In this document: piece by piece, positions 40,631 through 55,069 of the stretch
How positions within the stretch are numbered: the first letter of the stretch is position 1
How the letters are laid out: the number at the start of each line of letters is the position of its first letter
Origin: Paraspadella gotoi
Lineage: Eukaryota > Animalia > Chaetognatha
Length of the DNA: 64,000 nucleotides
Direction: 5' to 3'
NCBI GenBank assembly: GCA_051294375.1
Contig: CM119267.1
Span: 4,757,885 to 4,821,884 of the forward strand
Program-made: the position numbers and the translations under genes
The notes under the pieces: model-generated
Databases searched by the model: none
What the model was told of the DNA's origin: nothing
The model's input: the letters and a program-made list of their open reading frames with translations, nothing else

Positions 40631-42893
40631 GAGAGAGAGAGACTGACGTTAAGACGTTATCTTCCTTGCTATCAAAATCAAGAATTAAAACTCATATCAA
40701 AACATTCTTACGTGTCTTCAATATTTTAATCATCCGAGACATTAACAAAATGTGACTCTTAAAGCGCAACATAAAAAAAAAAAAATAGCTATTTTCAACA
40801 TAAAAAAATAATAGCTATTTTCAACATAAAAAACTGAACCAAGAAATATCTAGATTTGAAATCCGTTTTACACTCAATTTGAGCAAAATATTTCTTCAAA
40901 AAAGAAGATAAAAATTATATTCGTCCATTAGAATCGAAATATTGGCAAATAAACATAAAGGATGCACTTGTAAAAACCTTCTACGAATTGCATTATACTA
41001 ATCTACTATCTCCAGAGCATATGATTTCTCTTCAACAACTAATTTTCAGAATCCGTTTTATATTGGATGTAGATGGAATGTTATTTGTTAAGTTACGTCG
41101 CTACCCCAAAGCGGAAGCACGTTGTGTATTACTATTTCTCTCTCNNNNNNNNNNNNNNNNNNNNNNNNNNNNNNNNNNNNNNNNNNNNNNNNNNNNNNNN
41201 NNNNNNNNNNNNNNNNNNNNNNNNNNNNNNNNNNNNNNNNNNNNNNNNNNNNNNNNNNNNNNNNNNNNNNNNNNNNNNNNNNNNNNNNNNNNNNNNNNNN
41301 NNNNNNNNNNNNNNNNNNNNNNNNNNNNNNNNNNNNNNNNNNNNNNNNNNNNNNNNNNNNNNNNNNNNNNNNNNNNNNNNNNNNNNNNNNNNNNNNNNNN
41401 NNNNNNNNNNNNCCGCCGCCGCTGCCGACTGTGTCACCGCCTCCGCTGCCTCCGGGACCCAGGTGCAACGGTAAGTAACTAGCGAGGGTAAGACGCGTTT
41501 CTAAGGTCGATTACTAGTGAAAAATGGTCGCCCAATTTCTTTTGTCTTCCCCCCAACCCAAAACTGGTTCCCGAGGGAATTTTTTGTCTCAGACTTCACA
41601 CCCAGTTTAAAGACCCCCCAAACCCCCTAATCCCCCTGACCTAACCCCCACTACCCTCCTCCCCTATCCTTGGAGCGAAAAATGACAAAAAAAAAAGAAC
41701 GGTGATTCAAATGTGTTGCGCCGCAGTGACTGCCTTATCACATGTATTTCTCGTGACATGACATGACGTGACATAACATGACTACAATAACTTTCTTAGT
41801 ATTTATGACATACACTGTATCAAAATTGTAGTTTTAGGATTTCCTGAAGGCAGGCGCTTGCTGTCCCTTACATTTGAGGTTTTTTTCGGGCCTAACAAAA
41901 GAGCAACCAACTACTATAAGGAAATTATATGCATTTTTAACATAAGTGGGACAGACCGACCGAAAAGTGACTTAAAGAGTTGCTCCGCGAGTACTCGCGG
42001 CGCAACTAAAATGAAAATGATCCAAATTTGAATAAAAATATCGTCGGGTTTTTATTTTTTTTTCGTCTGGATCCAAAATAAGGGAAAAAAATGAAGTAGG
42101 AGGGGGCGGTGTTGGGGGGGGGAGGAAAAAAGATATGAATGTTGGGCGATGAATATGGAAATCGAGGAAAGAGGGGAAAAAATGAATGAGAAATGAATAT
42201 ATATCGATACCAGAATCGACGAGTATTTCAGAAATAGACCTGAAGTATTTTGACAACCCCCCCCCCCCAAAAAAGAAAAAAAAGAAAACTCGGAAACGAA
42301 AATTGCCGAAGAAATCGGTTAGCCGATTGGGAAATCAGAAATGAAATGGATTCGAGAACCGAGAGTCGAACGGATCGAAAATTGTATGTTTTGAATTTTA
42401 AACTTGATTTTGTCCTCGGTAGCAAATAGGAAATAGAAAATAGCAAATAGCAAATAGCAAATAGCAAATAGCAAATAGCAAATAACAAATAACAAATAAC
42501 AAATAACAAATAACAAATAACAAATAGCAAAGAACTACTTGACAGAAGTTTGCAATAAATAAAAAGATAGGCGGATTCCACCCGCTGCCAGTTCGTTGTA
42601 TTTAAGATGTAATAAATTAAAATTGTTTGAAGTAAAATCCTTCAACCAAATTCTTCTAAAATATTTCGCGCTTAGTATTTAGATTATTAGATTTCAACTT
42701 TTATTTTTTACGTCGACCCACCCGACCGAAAAATAATTCTGAGGAGAAGCTTCAACGCATCGGAAATAAGAACATTAAGTGGAATTGTCGCGGGGTTTTT
42801 TTCCGCTGATTTTTCAGTCGCCGCAGAAATGGAAACAAAGAGGATGAAATTGTTTTTCTAACGATCCAACTGTTTCTATCAATCTATCCATTC

Positions 42894-42957
<64 letters not shown>

Positions 42958-43828
42958 GTCTATCTTTCTATCTATCTATCATTCTTTATATTTCTCTATT
43001 CCAGAAATTCTAGCTCAATTCTCGCTCAACTTGGAGCTTCCCGATACGAATACCCTATGCCCAAATTATCCCCCAAAAATAACTAAAACAACAACAAAAG
43101 TTATCAAGTGAAAAATAAAATGCGTTGGAATCGAAAATAAAAACGACGTCTTAAGACGATGAAAAATCGCGGTAAAAACTCGACGATGTTTGGGGATAAA
43201 AAAACCAAAAAAAAACAAAAAAAACAAAACAAAAAAACAAACGCCTTCCATCCCTTTTTCCGTTTTCTTTTCTTCACTTCACTCTTACAAGATAATAACA
43301 TAGCAGGTCCCTGAAAGCTTTCAATCAAGACTCTTTCACAGACTCGTTTATTCACTACCAAAGTACATGAAAAGGTATAATTTTTCAATTTTTTATTTTC
43401 TAAAAAAATTTTTTCTTTCTATATACTAGTAATTACTCTCTTCTCCTTTTATACTTATTGCTCCTTCCTTTTTCCCACCTTTCTTTTCATACCTTCTCCT
43501 TTTTTTCCCCTTAACCTCCGCCAGTTCTCGGCGACGACTAGGAATCATTCAGTTCCGCTTGGCAACGCAGTTTCCCTGGCAACGACGAAGACTCCCCGGA
43601 GACGGGTAAACAAGTTGCCATGGCAACGCCGCGTCAACGTCGCTTCTTTCGATTCAACGATCGATTCTCCCCCCCCTTTTTTTTCGGGTGAGTCTGCGAC
43701 GGATTTCGGCGACCGGGTGTCGACAGGTGGCGTCGGAGGCGATGACAGGTGCGGGTGAATGGTCGATGTTGTCACAATTAGTCCTTTGATTTAAATCCGG
43801 ATGAAGGAGAGAAAGAGAGAAAGAGAGA

Positions 43829-43860
<32 letters not shown>

Positions 43861-44806
43861 AACAAAAAAACCAAAAAAAAAAGGCGCGATAAAAAAGATT
43901 TAGAGCGTCAGGTTCTTTCGCCTCATTTCCACTCAAGAATCATTGGACTTTGGCTTTCGGCAGGAAATCGCCTGCTGACGAGAGCCGATGGTGGACGACC
44001 GGCAGAGATCGAGAAAAGCCGGCAAGGACTGACGCTGACAATGACCGCCTGAACCTTTCCGTGATTGCTGACACTGACAGTGACCTACTAAAGCTGACAG
44101 GGTTCGACAGAAGCTGAAAGTGATCAATTGAAGATACGATCCACTGAAGCTAACTCGGATCGATCGAAGCCGACTATGACCCACTGAAGCCGACAGTGAG
44201 CGACTGAAGCTGACAATGATGGTTTAACGCTGACAGTGACCGACTGAAACTAACTGTGACCAAATGTGGTCGACTGTGGTCGGCAGATGCGGAGTGATGT
44301 TGTCTGTTTTGCCTTCCTTGTGGGAAACCGAATGGAAAGAAAAGAGCGAAGCTTTTTTGGTTAAAGGAAAAAAGTCTGTTTCCTAAGATGAAACAATTAT
44401 GATCTTTTGTTCGGTTTAGCTGGAGGGACTTTTTAAATGGAGAAAGTTTATTATCAATTGAAAGTGTGAAAAACATTTTTTACGTTAAGCTATTAAGAAG
44501 AGAATTATGCATTGGTACCTATCTTCTGTAGAGACGTACTTAAATTTTTTTTAAAATTTGGTTATCTCTAACGTTATCTATATTACAGTACTCTTAGTGT
44601 TTACTATGTTCCGCCTTATTAGCCATATTTTCTTAATTTCGTTATCTCTAACGTTATTTATATTACAGAACTGTTTACTCTGTTTACCTTAATAAGGTCC
44701 TTATTTTCGTAACAGATGTGATATAATATTCATGGAGACGAATAAGATAAAACAAATTTGAAGTCTCTTGCGAATAGAGAGGAAAAACATGTTGTCTTCC
44801 TTTTTT
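38723..44806. repeat. Copy 2 of the tandem duplication, bounded by N gaps
   Basis: Begins ATTGGCCGATAATTGC, as at 30261, and ends at a gap. Confidence 0.9.
39876..40484 (+). mobile_element. hAT-type MITE, same family as 19274-19884
   Basis: Same TIRs, 8-bp TSD ATGCGCAG. Confidence 0.9.
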
Positions 44807-47800
44807 NNNNNNNNNNNNNNNNNNNNNNNNNNNNNNNNNNNNNNNNNNNNNNNNNNNNNNNNNNNNNNNNNNNNNNNNNNNNNNNNNNNNNNNNNNNNNN
44901 NNNNNNNNNNNNNNNNNNNNNNNNNNNNNNNNNNNNNNNNNNNNNNNNNNNNNNNNNNNNNNNNNNNNNNNNNNNNNNNNNNNNNNNNNNNNNNNNNNNN
45001 NNNNNNNNNNNNNNNNNNNNNNNNNNNNNNNNNNNNNNNNNNNNNNNNNNNNNNNNNNNNNNNNNNNNNNNNNNNNNNNNNNNNNNNNNNNNNNNNNNNN
45101 NNNNNNNNNNNNNNNNNNNNNNNNNNNNNNNNNNNNNNNNNNNNNNNNNNNNNNNNNNNNNNNNNNNNNNNNNNNNNNNNNNNNNNNNNNNNNNNNNNNN
45201 NNNNNNNNNNNNNNNNNNNNNNNNNNNNNNNNNNNNNNNNNNNNNNNNNNNNNNNNNNNNNNNNNNNNNNNNNNNNNNNNNNNNNNNNNNNNNNNNNNNN
45301 NNNNNNNNNNNNNNNNNNNNNNNNNNNNNNNNNNNNNNNNNNNNNNNNNNNNNNNNNNNNNNNNNNNNNNNNNNNNNNNNNNNNNNNNNNNNNNNNNNNN
45401 NNNNNNNNNNNNNNNNNNNNNNNNNNNNNNNNNNNNNNNNNNNNNNNNNNNNNNNNNNNNNNNNNNNNNNNNNNNNNNNNNNNNNNNNNNNNNNNNNNNN
45501 NNNNNNNNNNNNNNNNNNNNNNNNNNNNNNNNNNNNNNNNNNNNNNNNNNNNNNNNNNNNNNNNNNNNNNNNNNNNNNNNNNNNNNNNNNNNNNNNNNNN
45601 NNNNNNNNNNNNNNNNNNNNNNNNNNNNNNNNNNNNNNNNNNNNNNNNNNNNNNNNNNNNNNNNNNNNNNNNNNNNNNNNNNNNNNNNNNNNNNNNNNNN
45701 NNNNNNNNNNNNNNNNNNNNNNNNNNNNNNNNNNNNNNNNNNNNNNNNNNNNNNNNNNNNNNNNNNNNNNNNNNNNNNNNNNNNNNNNNCCCATTCGCTA
45801 ATTGTTTTTCAGTAAATATCTTCCGGGGATCTTCCTTTAATAAAACATTTCACTGTTCATTTCTCGTCAATCCGTTTTTTTCCATCGCGTTTTTCTTTCT
45901 TCTCACCATGAACTCTTCTGGACGGCATTATTTCTTTCCTTTCCTCCATTTTTCTCTTTTTTTCCCCCCATTTCTTTTCTTTTTTCTTTCTTTTCTTTTA
46001 TTTTCTTTTTCTCTATTTTTCCCCCTTTTCTTTATTCTTCATTTCTTTTCTTTTTCCATTTTTCTCTTCTCTTTTTTCTCTTCTTTTCTTTCTTCTTCAT
46101 TTCTTTTAGTATTTTCTTTCTCCATTTTTCTCTTCTCTTTTTTTCTCTTTATTTCTTTCCTCTTCATTTTTTTTCTTTATTCATGACTTGAAACAATATT
46201 TCATATTGTATCTATGATTCGTCGGTTTATTTAATTTTACGTGTCTCTTGTATAATATACAAATAAAACTATTTCGGATTGAAAGTACCTTTGTCATACA
46301 TATTATCTGACGAAAAAGACATTCAATTTTTTTCAAGCGTGACTTACAAGCGATAACCCGCTATAAATCTTGTTACTACGTGAAATCCAAAAAAAATTTC
46401 ATTTGAACAAAGATGAAATTTTTCGGTGAGTGAATTCGCCATAAATTTTTTTGAGAAAAAGACAGAAAAGTGATTTCTTTTTTAATAACAAGAAAATAAA
46501 TATATCCGCAAAAAAAAAAAAAAAAAAAACATACAGATTTGTTTCGTTTTACTTTTTTTTTTCTCTCGCGTCGCCATTGGATCATCCACCGCCATTCCAT
46601 CTCCCCACCCCCACCCCCACCCACCCCTCTTTATCCTTCAACTTTCGCGCTCAATCGTTTTTCCTTCACCGAATTGTTATTTGTCGTTGTTGTTGTTGTC
46701 GTTGTTTGTTGTTGTTGTCGTTGAAAGAAGGAAGGGGAAGAGATTTTTATTTTATCTTCTCATATAGTTTCGGTAATTATCTTATTCGTTAGAAATCAGA
46801 GATGTGGACGCGATTCCGGAAAGCGTAAAGCGAATCACTGTGGAAGCGGCCAATTTTTGAAGAACCCGAAACCGGGAGCGATAGAAAAATTGAGAATAAA
46901 GGATGACCCGGAAGCGATTAATACCTGCGTGTTCGCTTCTGTTCTCTTTGTTTTTATTTGGTTAGAAATGAAGGTATTTAATGTATAAAAAATCTTTTGC
47001 AACCACTGCTCTGCTCTTTCTTGATTTTTCTTTTAAAACATTCTTGTTTCAAATTTATTTTCAACATTTAAAATTGTTTGCTCGCTAATTTTTTATTCAC
47101 TTTTTTTATCTCTCTTTATATTTTTTGTTTCTTTTATTCTCTTTTCCTCTTTAGGTCAGCAAAGATACTATTGAAAAAAAAATTAACATATTTATTTTTT
47201 TTTAATTATTATTTTTAAATATATTAAATAAATCTGAAGCTGACAAAAAGAATTGTTTCCATTATCGTGAAAAACTTGTAATTAAGTTATTACAAATTAT
47301 AACATTAAATTTTTTATATTCTATAAAACTAAAAATTTTATTTCATATATTTTTATTATTTTTGCTTTAAATTTAAGTCTCCTTTTTTAAACAATCCATA
47401 ACGTTTTTCACTGGTTAACAAAACAAGTTTAACAAAAAGGATTGATTCTGTTAGTTATTGGCAATATTGCATAAGTAATTATGCCTTCTATACATACTTA
47501 AATCTCTAACACACTCACTCTCTATCTTCTTTTCTTTTTTCCCCTCTTGTTACCAAACAAAAGCAAATAAAAAATATATAAAATAAATTAAATCAAAATT
47601 ATTAATAAACCAAGTTGAGCAAAACAATGCCGAGATCTGCCCACGATCATTAGCGGTAATTAATTGATTAAATTAAATTAAGAAAAAAAATTTAATAATT
47701 ACATATTAAATTATTAAATAATAAATCGAACATTTGGGAGCTTCAAATGATTTGAAAAAGACGACAACGACGATGAATACAATGACGAAAACGACGACGA

Positions 47801-49789
47801 AAGTCTTTGTACTTTGTGAGCCGTAGTACAGTAGTGGTCAATAAGAATGACCTGTTTTTTACCCCAATCTTGTTATGGCTGACCTTTTTCTCAGCCAATG
47901 TAAATACTTAGTTGTTGTTGTTATTATTTTTATCATTTTTACTTTTTTACTTGTTTTTGATTAATACCAGGTTTTGTTTATCACAAAACACGGCCTCAAA
48001 TTTTTTATTAATTTTAGTTTTTGCAAGTAACCGCAAACATTATAAAAATATTTCAATTAATTAATTTAAAGAAGCAAAGAATTTTGAATTTGTACAACGA
48101 TTATTTAATTAATAGTTGGACATTGTTTCGGCTTGTTTACCTCAAACCTTCATCCAGCATATGACATTCAATAATAAATTTGGTGTAAAAAAAGAGTGAG
48201 AGAGAGAGAGAGAGAAGAAGAGAGAGAGAGGGTTAAAGTTTTTCCAACAAAGTGGTGAGACAGAATAGTGGTCAGAATGTGAGACAGGTTGAAGGTAAGG
48301 GCAGATTGGAGTGAGTTATGAAAAGAAGTTGAAACTTGTTAAAGAGAGAGTGAGAGAGAGAAACAACAAAAGGGATAAAAATAATAAAGATATCATTTTT
48401 GCAATGTTACAACAGATAAAGGAGTTTAATTAATTAAATATTAATGATGGCAACCTAGACATTGGATAATACGACAATGACAATTGCATTGATTGCTTAA
48501 TTTTTGATTGATTGATTGAATATTTGTATTATTGACTTGAATATTAATTAAACTGATCAGTTCTGGCATTGTTAGCTCAAACTTGTTTGTTTTTTTTGTT
48601 CTTTTCTTATGACAAAAGAATTGATGACCTGATGTGATTATTGAATGACAACGAGGATAGCACCATCATAATTAATTGAATGATTGATTGATCAAAATAA
48701 AGAAATTCATATCAGGCCTGTTAATTTTTAGGTCCTTTTGTTGATTTTATTAATTAGTTTGATTGATAAATTAATTGATTATTTAATTTATTGATTGATA
48801 AAAATTGATTCATTAATTTTTTAAGTGATTTTGATTGATTAGTTGTTTAGTTAATTGCATTGATTGATTAATTATTGATTTAATTGAATAATTAATGCAG
48901 CTTGTATTTATATTTTAATAAAAGAGAAAAAGCAAATAGGGAAAAAGGTTTTTTTTTTGTTTTTTTTTCTATTTAAACTCATTTCCACTCGAACGATTGT
49001 CTTACAATCTTACAAATCTTACAATTTTTCATAATTAAAAATTTTTACTTGTTATTTGTTAACAAAAAAGACTGTTTAAAATATTCTACGAAATGAATTA
49101 CATGTCTAAAGAGTATTTTTATAAATAATAAAATGTAAAAATTTCTAAAAGAAGGAAGCGATGGTGCACTCGAAACCGAAAGCGATCCGGGCTAAAAAAG
49201 TAACGGATTGCCACCGAAAACGGGAGCGGGAGGGTCTTGGAAGGCCGGATTGGCAGCGGCGGAAAAATCGATCGCTTCCACATCTTTGTTAAGAAACTTA
49301 CGCGACCGATGAGAGCAGGGGAGAGAGAGAGGGGAGAGGAGAGAGAGGAGAGAGAGAGAGTGACGAGAGAGAGAGAGGAGGATGAGAGAGAGAGAGAGAG
49401 AGAGAGAGAGTGATGGAGAGTAGAGAAGATAGGGAGAGAGGAGAGAGAGAGATGCGGGGCGAAAGAAAACGTGCAAAGAAGCGATGGCTCTTCTTCTTTT
49501 TTTTATTCTTCATTCGCCCGAATTCATGAATTCTCGCACAAAGGAATAAAATAAAAGAAAAAAAAAGAAAGAAATTTCCCCGGTTCTACTTTTTTTAATC
49601 TTTTGTCGAAGTTTCGGTCTTGATAAAAATAATAAAAATTATCTGGTTGTGGATGTTAAATGTTAATATATTTCTAGGATTCGCAATCTTGAAATATGAA
49701 GATATGTCAAGGTCTGTCTGTTTTGGTCTATTTCACTTTCCGTCTGCTCTTTTTGTCAAATGTTAATCATCCCATCTGATTAAAACAGA

Positions 49790-49836
<47 letters not shown>

Positions 49837-50827
49837 ATATAAAAGAAAAGGAGAAATGAAAAGAAAAGAAAAGAAAAGAAAAGAAAAGAAAAGAAAAGAA
49901 AAGAAAAGAAAAGAGTAGAGGAGAAGTTAAGACAAAAGAAAAAAGAAAAATAAAAAAGGAAAAGGAAAAGAAAAAGGAATAAGTTAAAAAGGACAAACGA
50001 AATTCGTGTCTGACCCAAAATCCCTCGTGCCATTTTCGAGGTGGCAAAGGTGAAGGCCGGTCAAGTCGAACGAACTCTGGCGGTGAAAGTAAAGGGCTCA
50101 ATGAAGACAAGGCATAGGCCCAAGATGACATGGAAAAGGCAGAAATTAAGACAAGGCGAAAGCCCAAGATGACGTCGATCAAGTGGTAGGGATTGCAACG
50201 CGAAATAAGCCAAATCTGAATTGAATTAAAAGCTTGGAACAGGGAGAGTAAGACAAGAGAAGTCATAGGAAAATGATGATCTTTACTTTATTAGCCCATA
50301 GATATTATGTAATATATATAATATATTGTAAGTATATTAATTTCTTCGAAAATAAAACAAGCTAATAGAAAGGGGGCAACATGTATGACAAGGAAAAGTC
50401 AAGACAAAAACCAAAGTCATTCGGAGCCGTGAAATCGCGGAGTAGAAAAGTTATAACTGACCTCATCCGCTCTTTTGTAATCATTGTCGTCGTCGTCGTC
50501 GTCGTTTCCTCATCGTGGTTGTAATCGTTCTCTGTTTACTTCACTAGACTCGACATCTGATACCGTAGCCACTGGAGTCGAGAATCGAGATCGCCTGTTG
50601 TGTCCCTTGTCCTCGTAACACAAACAAACCCTCTCGGCGGATCCGTCTGTCGCAACGACGACGACGACGACGGCCAATAATTACTATAAACGACTGTCGA
50701 AGATTCAATTTCCATAAGCTGTTTCTGTTTAACTTTGTTTAACTTTAAACTTGGAGAATTCATTCCTAGAAAAACAGCAGATTCTGTCTTGTTGGGTATC
50801 AATTGATACTTTTAAAATAGAACCAGA

Positions 50828-51366
50828 TGTGTACACAACGAATTGTTGTTAAAAATATAATCTTGTATCAGCGGTTTAAGCTCCTGCTTAGGATTAACCT
50901 CATTTCGATGAACTAATCCTAATCAGTCTGTTAAATTTTTATTTGTTACGAATAGTCTCTCGGTTGTTTGATGCCTCTTTTATTATTGAATTCGTATTTT
51001 TGTTTGCTTACGAAGTATCTGATTGATCAAGTATTTTTAAAAGTCGCTCTCTGATTGGTTAGTCCTTATGATTGTACCTTAACCAAAATATATAAAAGAG
51101 ATGTGTACCTAAAACTAACGAGGAATAGTTCACACAATGCACTCGTGACAGTCGTAAGCATTTTAAAATGATATTTTGTAATTTTATGGTTAAGCTTAAA
51201 GTTGACTATTTTTAATAAGTCTATTTTTTTTGTATTTATCTTTAGAAATAGTCTCTCTTCGACTTGCTTTATGTCTCCCTTCGACTTGCTTTATGTCTCC
51301 CTTCTACTTGCTTCACGTCTCACGCTCATGTTATGTCTACTACAATAAATATTTACTAAATTTACA
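50828..51366 (+). mobile_element. Possible solo LTR
   Basis: TG…CA ends, ATTGG at ~51055, TATATAAAA at ~51090, AATAAA at ~51344, internal 22-bp tandem CTTCGACTTGCTTTATGTCTCC; no TSD found. Confidence 0.25.
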
Positions 51367-51442
51367 TTCTCTCGATTCTCTATAAATAAATAGCAAGTCA
51401 GAAAACACTAGCTCGCTCACGGCGTTACGGTAAAATCCTCAA

Positions 51443-52203
51443 TAAGGCGTACGGTGAAAGTTAACATACGAACAATCTTCGAAAAGTCAATATATGACAC
51501 ACACATACCATCAGTGAACATTAATTGGTAAAAAACAATTAATTTTATGTTTTTAATTTTCGGCAGTGCGCGTAGTAAATAATTAATAGTAAGGTATTAG
51601 TACTATCCTTATAAAAATTGAAAAATTTCAAAATAAGGCTTTCTAATTTTGATTGCAGATATTGTAATTCTTGCGGTCAAAACGCTTATAAAAGAAATAG
51701 TTGATTAATTCATTTTTTAAAAATGTATTCTCGTTCATTATATTAAGGTGTACAGGAATACATATACAATGAATATACTACATAACAGTATAATATATTA
51801 AAAGATCGTAGAATTACAGTTTTAAATATAGCTTTTTTTTTAATCTGATCTCCTAACATATAATCCGAAGGAATTGTTTCATAAAAAGACGTATAATAAA
51901 GAAAAACTCATATTTCTCTATTAATCAACTTATTATGACTGATGCCAAAAATCAATGCAAAAAAAGTGAACCTTGAAAACTGTTCTGTAAATATTCTAAA
52001 GTTTACCTGATTAAGTAAAAGTACTAGTAGTCTACAATTATGAGAAAGAGCGAATAAACCAAATACGAATGCATAAGCATGATAAAAAATATTATATAAC
52101 AATTTATTTCGATAATAACCCATGAAATGATTTACATAATGCATAACGATGATATATGGTCAGTATTCGCACCACTTTTAAGAATTAATATTAAAGTTAA
52201 CTT
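51443..52203 (+). mobile_element. Degenerate or noisy hAT-type MITE copy
   Basis: Starts TAAGGCGTACGGTGAAAGTT and is colinear with 19274-19884 but has many insertions; right TIR not recognisable. Confidence 0.75.
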
Positions 52204-53579
52204 CACATGAATATGGTCCGATACAAGACAACTATACATCCTCGAGATATACAGATCATATAAATAAAAAAAATAATCAAACTAACAAAAGTACAAGATA
52301 AACAATCTACAGAAATAGAGTCTATGAATTAAAAAGTGCACAAACAATGCTGATTACTTTGTCTACATCTAAAGTTGTTTGTGACTGTAATTCGAAACGC
52401 TGATATGAATTTCGGACTATAAGCTCGACCTATATCATCCGCTGCTATAGCATAACGATAGCAGACGAGATAAACTAGCCTCATCTGTTATCATTGCCAT
52501 ACCTGATTCCGATTGATACGCTTCAAAGGCGGGCCGAGTCGATACGATCAAATAATAGATAAACTGTTACATATTTGCTGCCCCTGAATAAAACAAAAGA
52601 TCTTAACTCATAGAACGTCAAGAATATACTGCGTAAATATCAAAAATGTGGAGGAAGAAAGAGTAAGTGAACATGAAGAGAGAGAAGAGAAGGCAAAGGA
52701 AAGAGAACGATAGTAGTATTCCTTACCATTTCTGAAGCGGTCTTGTGGGCCGTTGCGTGAAACCCATCGTAAGTTAACTACGTGTAAAGTACAAAGTGTC
52801 ATATGTTTCGAAATTCGCGACATGAGCCTATACTCCCAGCAAACTATATGCAATAAAAAATAATAAGCGAAAAGCACGTAGTCAGATAGGTCGTCCAATA
52901 TCGAAGAGAAACCGTCGGATATGATATAACTCAAATAATGATCTAATGGACAAATTGCAAGAAGAAGAATTACTGTTGTATAACTGACGTATGCATTTCC
53001 AAGAGGAAAACAGTAGATGTCTGTTGGGAATTTGAGAGCCCCACGATATGCACATAGAGTGCGTAGCACGTATGGAAGAACATAAATTCTACATCATATA
53101 TGAAAGGTGAACAACATAGGTATTATAGAAACAAGTAGATGAGACGCTAATATATAGAGATATACATAGAAGTACACACCAGATAATATATCAGTCGGTG
53201 TACCTCGCTCTGGAGAGACAGATATACATTATAATTATACATAAAACTTAAGTATGGCAGATACTATATACCATCTCTCATTCCTCTNNNNNNNNNNNNN
53301 NNNNNNNNNNNNTGTTCCATCGCTCAATCTTTTCATCACTCCACCCTAATGCCCACTGGCACTTTTTTCCATCGATGCCCCCTTGCTGCGGCTCCTGAAG
53401 CAGCGGACTAAAACACGCGTATAAAACTTGTGTTTTTAATGCTTCGTCGTTCTCACCGTCGCAACAGCTTCCTCCATCGTTCAAATTATCGTTGTCGTTT
53501 CTGTCTATCTCGATCCTGACGGATGAGTCACCAAGCCAGCCAGAATTTTTTTGTTGTAAAAGTAATGGAGGGAAAGACA

Positions 53580-53660
53580 ACCCTAATACCTAACATTAAT
53601 CCCTAACCCTAATCCCTAACCCTAATCTCTCGCCCCTAAACTAACCTTATTCTTAACCAA
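53580..53660. repeat. Interstitial telomere-like repeat (CCCTAA, degenerate); a similar G-strand tract lies at 24314-24360
   Basis: CCCTAACCCTAATCCCTAACCCTAAT. Confidence 0.6.
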
Positions 53661-54682
53661 AACCCGAAACAATTAATCCGTCATTCAAATTATTGTCGTT
53701 TTTGTCGATCCCGATCCTGACTTTGAGTCATCCAGCCAGAAGAGAGAGAGAGAGAGCGAGAGAGATTCGCTGCTCCGTCAGACGGTAAGGGGGAAACGAA
53801 GAGCATTTCGCTGAAAAATTACTGAATCGAATTTAAATAAGAAATAAAAGAAAGAAAAAACAAAAAGGGTTTATTTATTTTTTTTTTTATAAAAAAGAAT
53901 TTTTATTTAAAAAAAAATAACATAGTATCGATGTTTAAAATATTAAGTAAATAGTTTCATAAACTTGGGAATTGTGATGTTAGTTTTTCTGAGGGTAAGT
54001 TGAAGATCTGGCCCCGTTTCTTCTCAACATCTCTCTCCCCTCGATTCCATGAGGGGAAACCACCTCTGTGAGGATTGGTCAAGAAGAGAAGAAAAGGCAG
54101 AAAGCCAAAGAGTAGTAATATCAGAACAATGCGAGACAAGCTACTGATCAATCCGTTTTCCTGCGATGAGTATAGCAATATCGAGTACAATAATGCATAA
54201 ATAAAAAAAAAAATTGTTTATAGTTGAGCGGGACTGGACATGATATATTGCACCAAATAAGTGTTTCCCCTGGGGCATGTAACCCGCATATTTATTTCAG
54301 GAATAGAGACAATTCTCGCAATTATAATGGATGATCTTTTCGTTGTTGCGTAAAAAAACATTCAAAAATTCATCAGAGTCATACAGCGGAGCCTTTCCTT
54401 TATCCACAAAAATGAAAACTCCAAAATCATAATTTTCTCGCATCCTTATTGGCTGAAGGACGTGTACGCTGACACCTCTATTTTCAAGTTTTCTTATTAT
54501 ATTATTCTTTTTCTTTTTTTCTTTATATTATTTACAATTTGTCCCAATTGTGAATAAATAATCGTTGTTTTACAAACATAACCACTTTGTTTTCTCTAAG
54601 TTTTTTTCTTAATACTTTAACTTTTCAGATTATTATTCATATAATCGTGTACAATGTTATATTTCAAATTTAAAATATTTTA

Positions 54683-54875
54683 TTTAGGAGAAAACAAATT
54701 TTTTTATCGGGCAACGATATATTTAGCATTAAAATCGAAAATAGTTTGACTCTTGTTCGCGAGTCTTTATCAGCGATAAACGCAAAGGAAGACTCGCAAA
54801 ACAAGTCAAAACATTTCCGATTTTAAAGCTAAATAAATTATTGTTGCCCATTAAAAACTTTTGTTTTTGCCTAAA
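54683..54875. repeat. ~190-bp imperfect palindrome (foldback/MITE-like)
   Basis: TTTAGGAGAAAACAAA…GGGCAAC…TTTAGC…GCGAGTCTT mirrored by AAGACTCGC…GCTAAA…GTTGCCC…TTTGTTTTTGCCTAAA. Confidence 0.8.
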
Positions 54876-55069
54876 TTACAAAATAACGAAAAGAGAGAAA
54901 TAACCCAATGTAATTATTTTAATGAAAGTTGAAATGCAACTTGTACATTTAAACAGGAAAAACATGTAAAGTGCATTAAATAAGACAACAAACAATTCTT
55001 AAATTAATAACATTAACAATTAAAGAGTTGTTTAATTTAAATTATATAAAAAAAAACTAGCGCCAAAAA

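Noticed and set aside
49835-50266. 143-aa hydrophobic ORF on the minus strand
   Set aside because: No recognisable motif or splice support, and the 3' half is simple repeat.
52205-53287. ORF 52608-53069 and surrounding unique-looking sequence
   Set aside because: It follows a progressively noisier MITE copy and ends at a gap, so it looks like a low-quality read tail.
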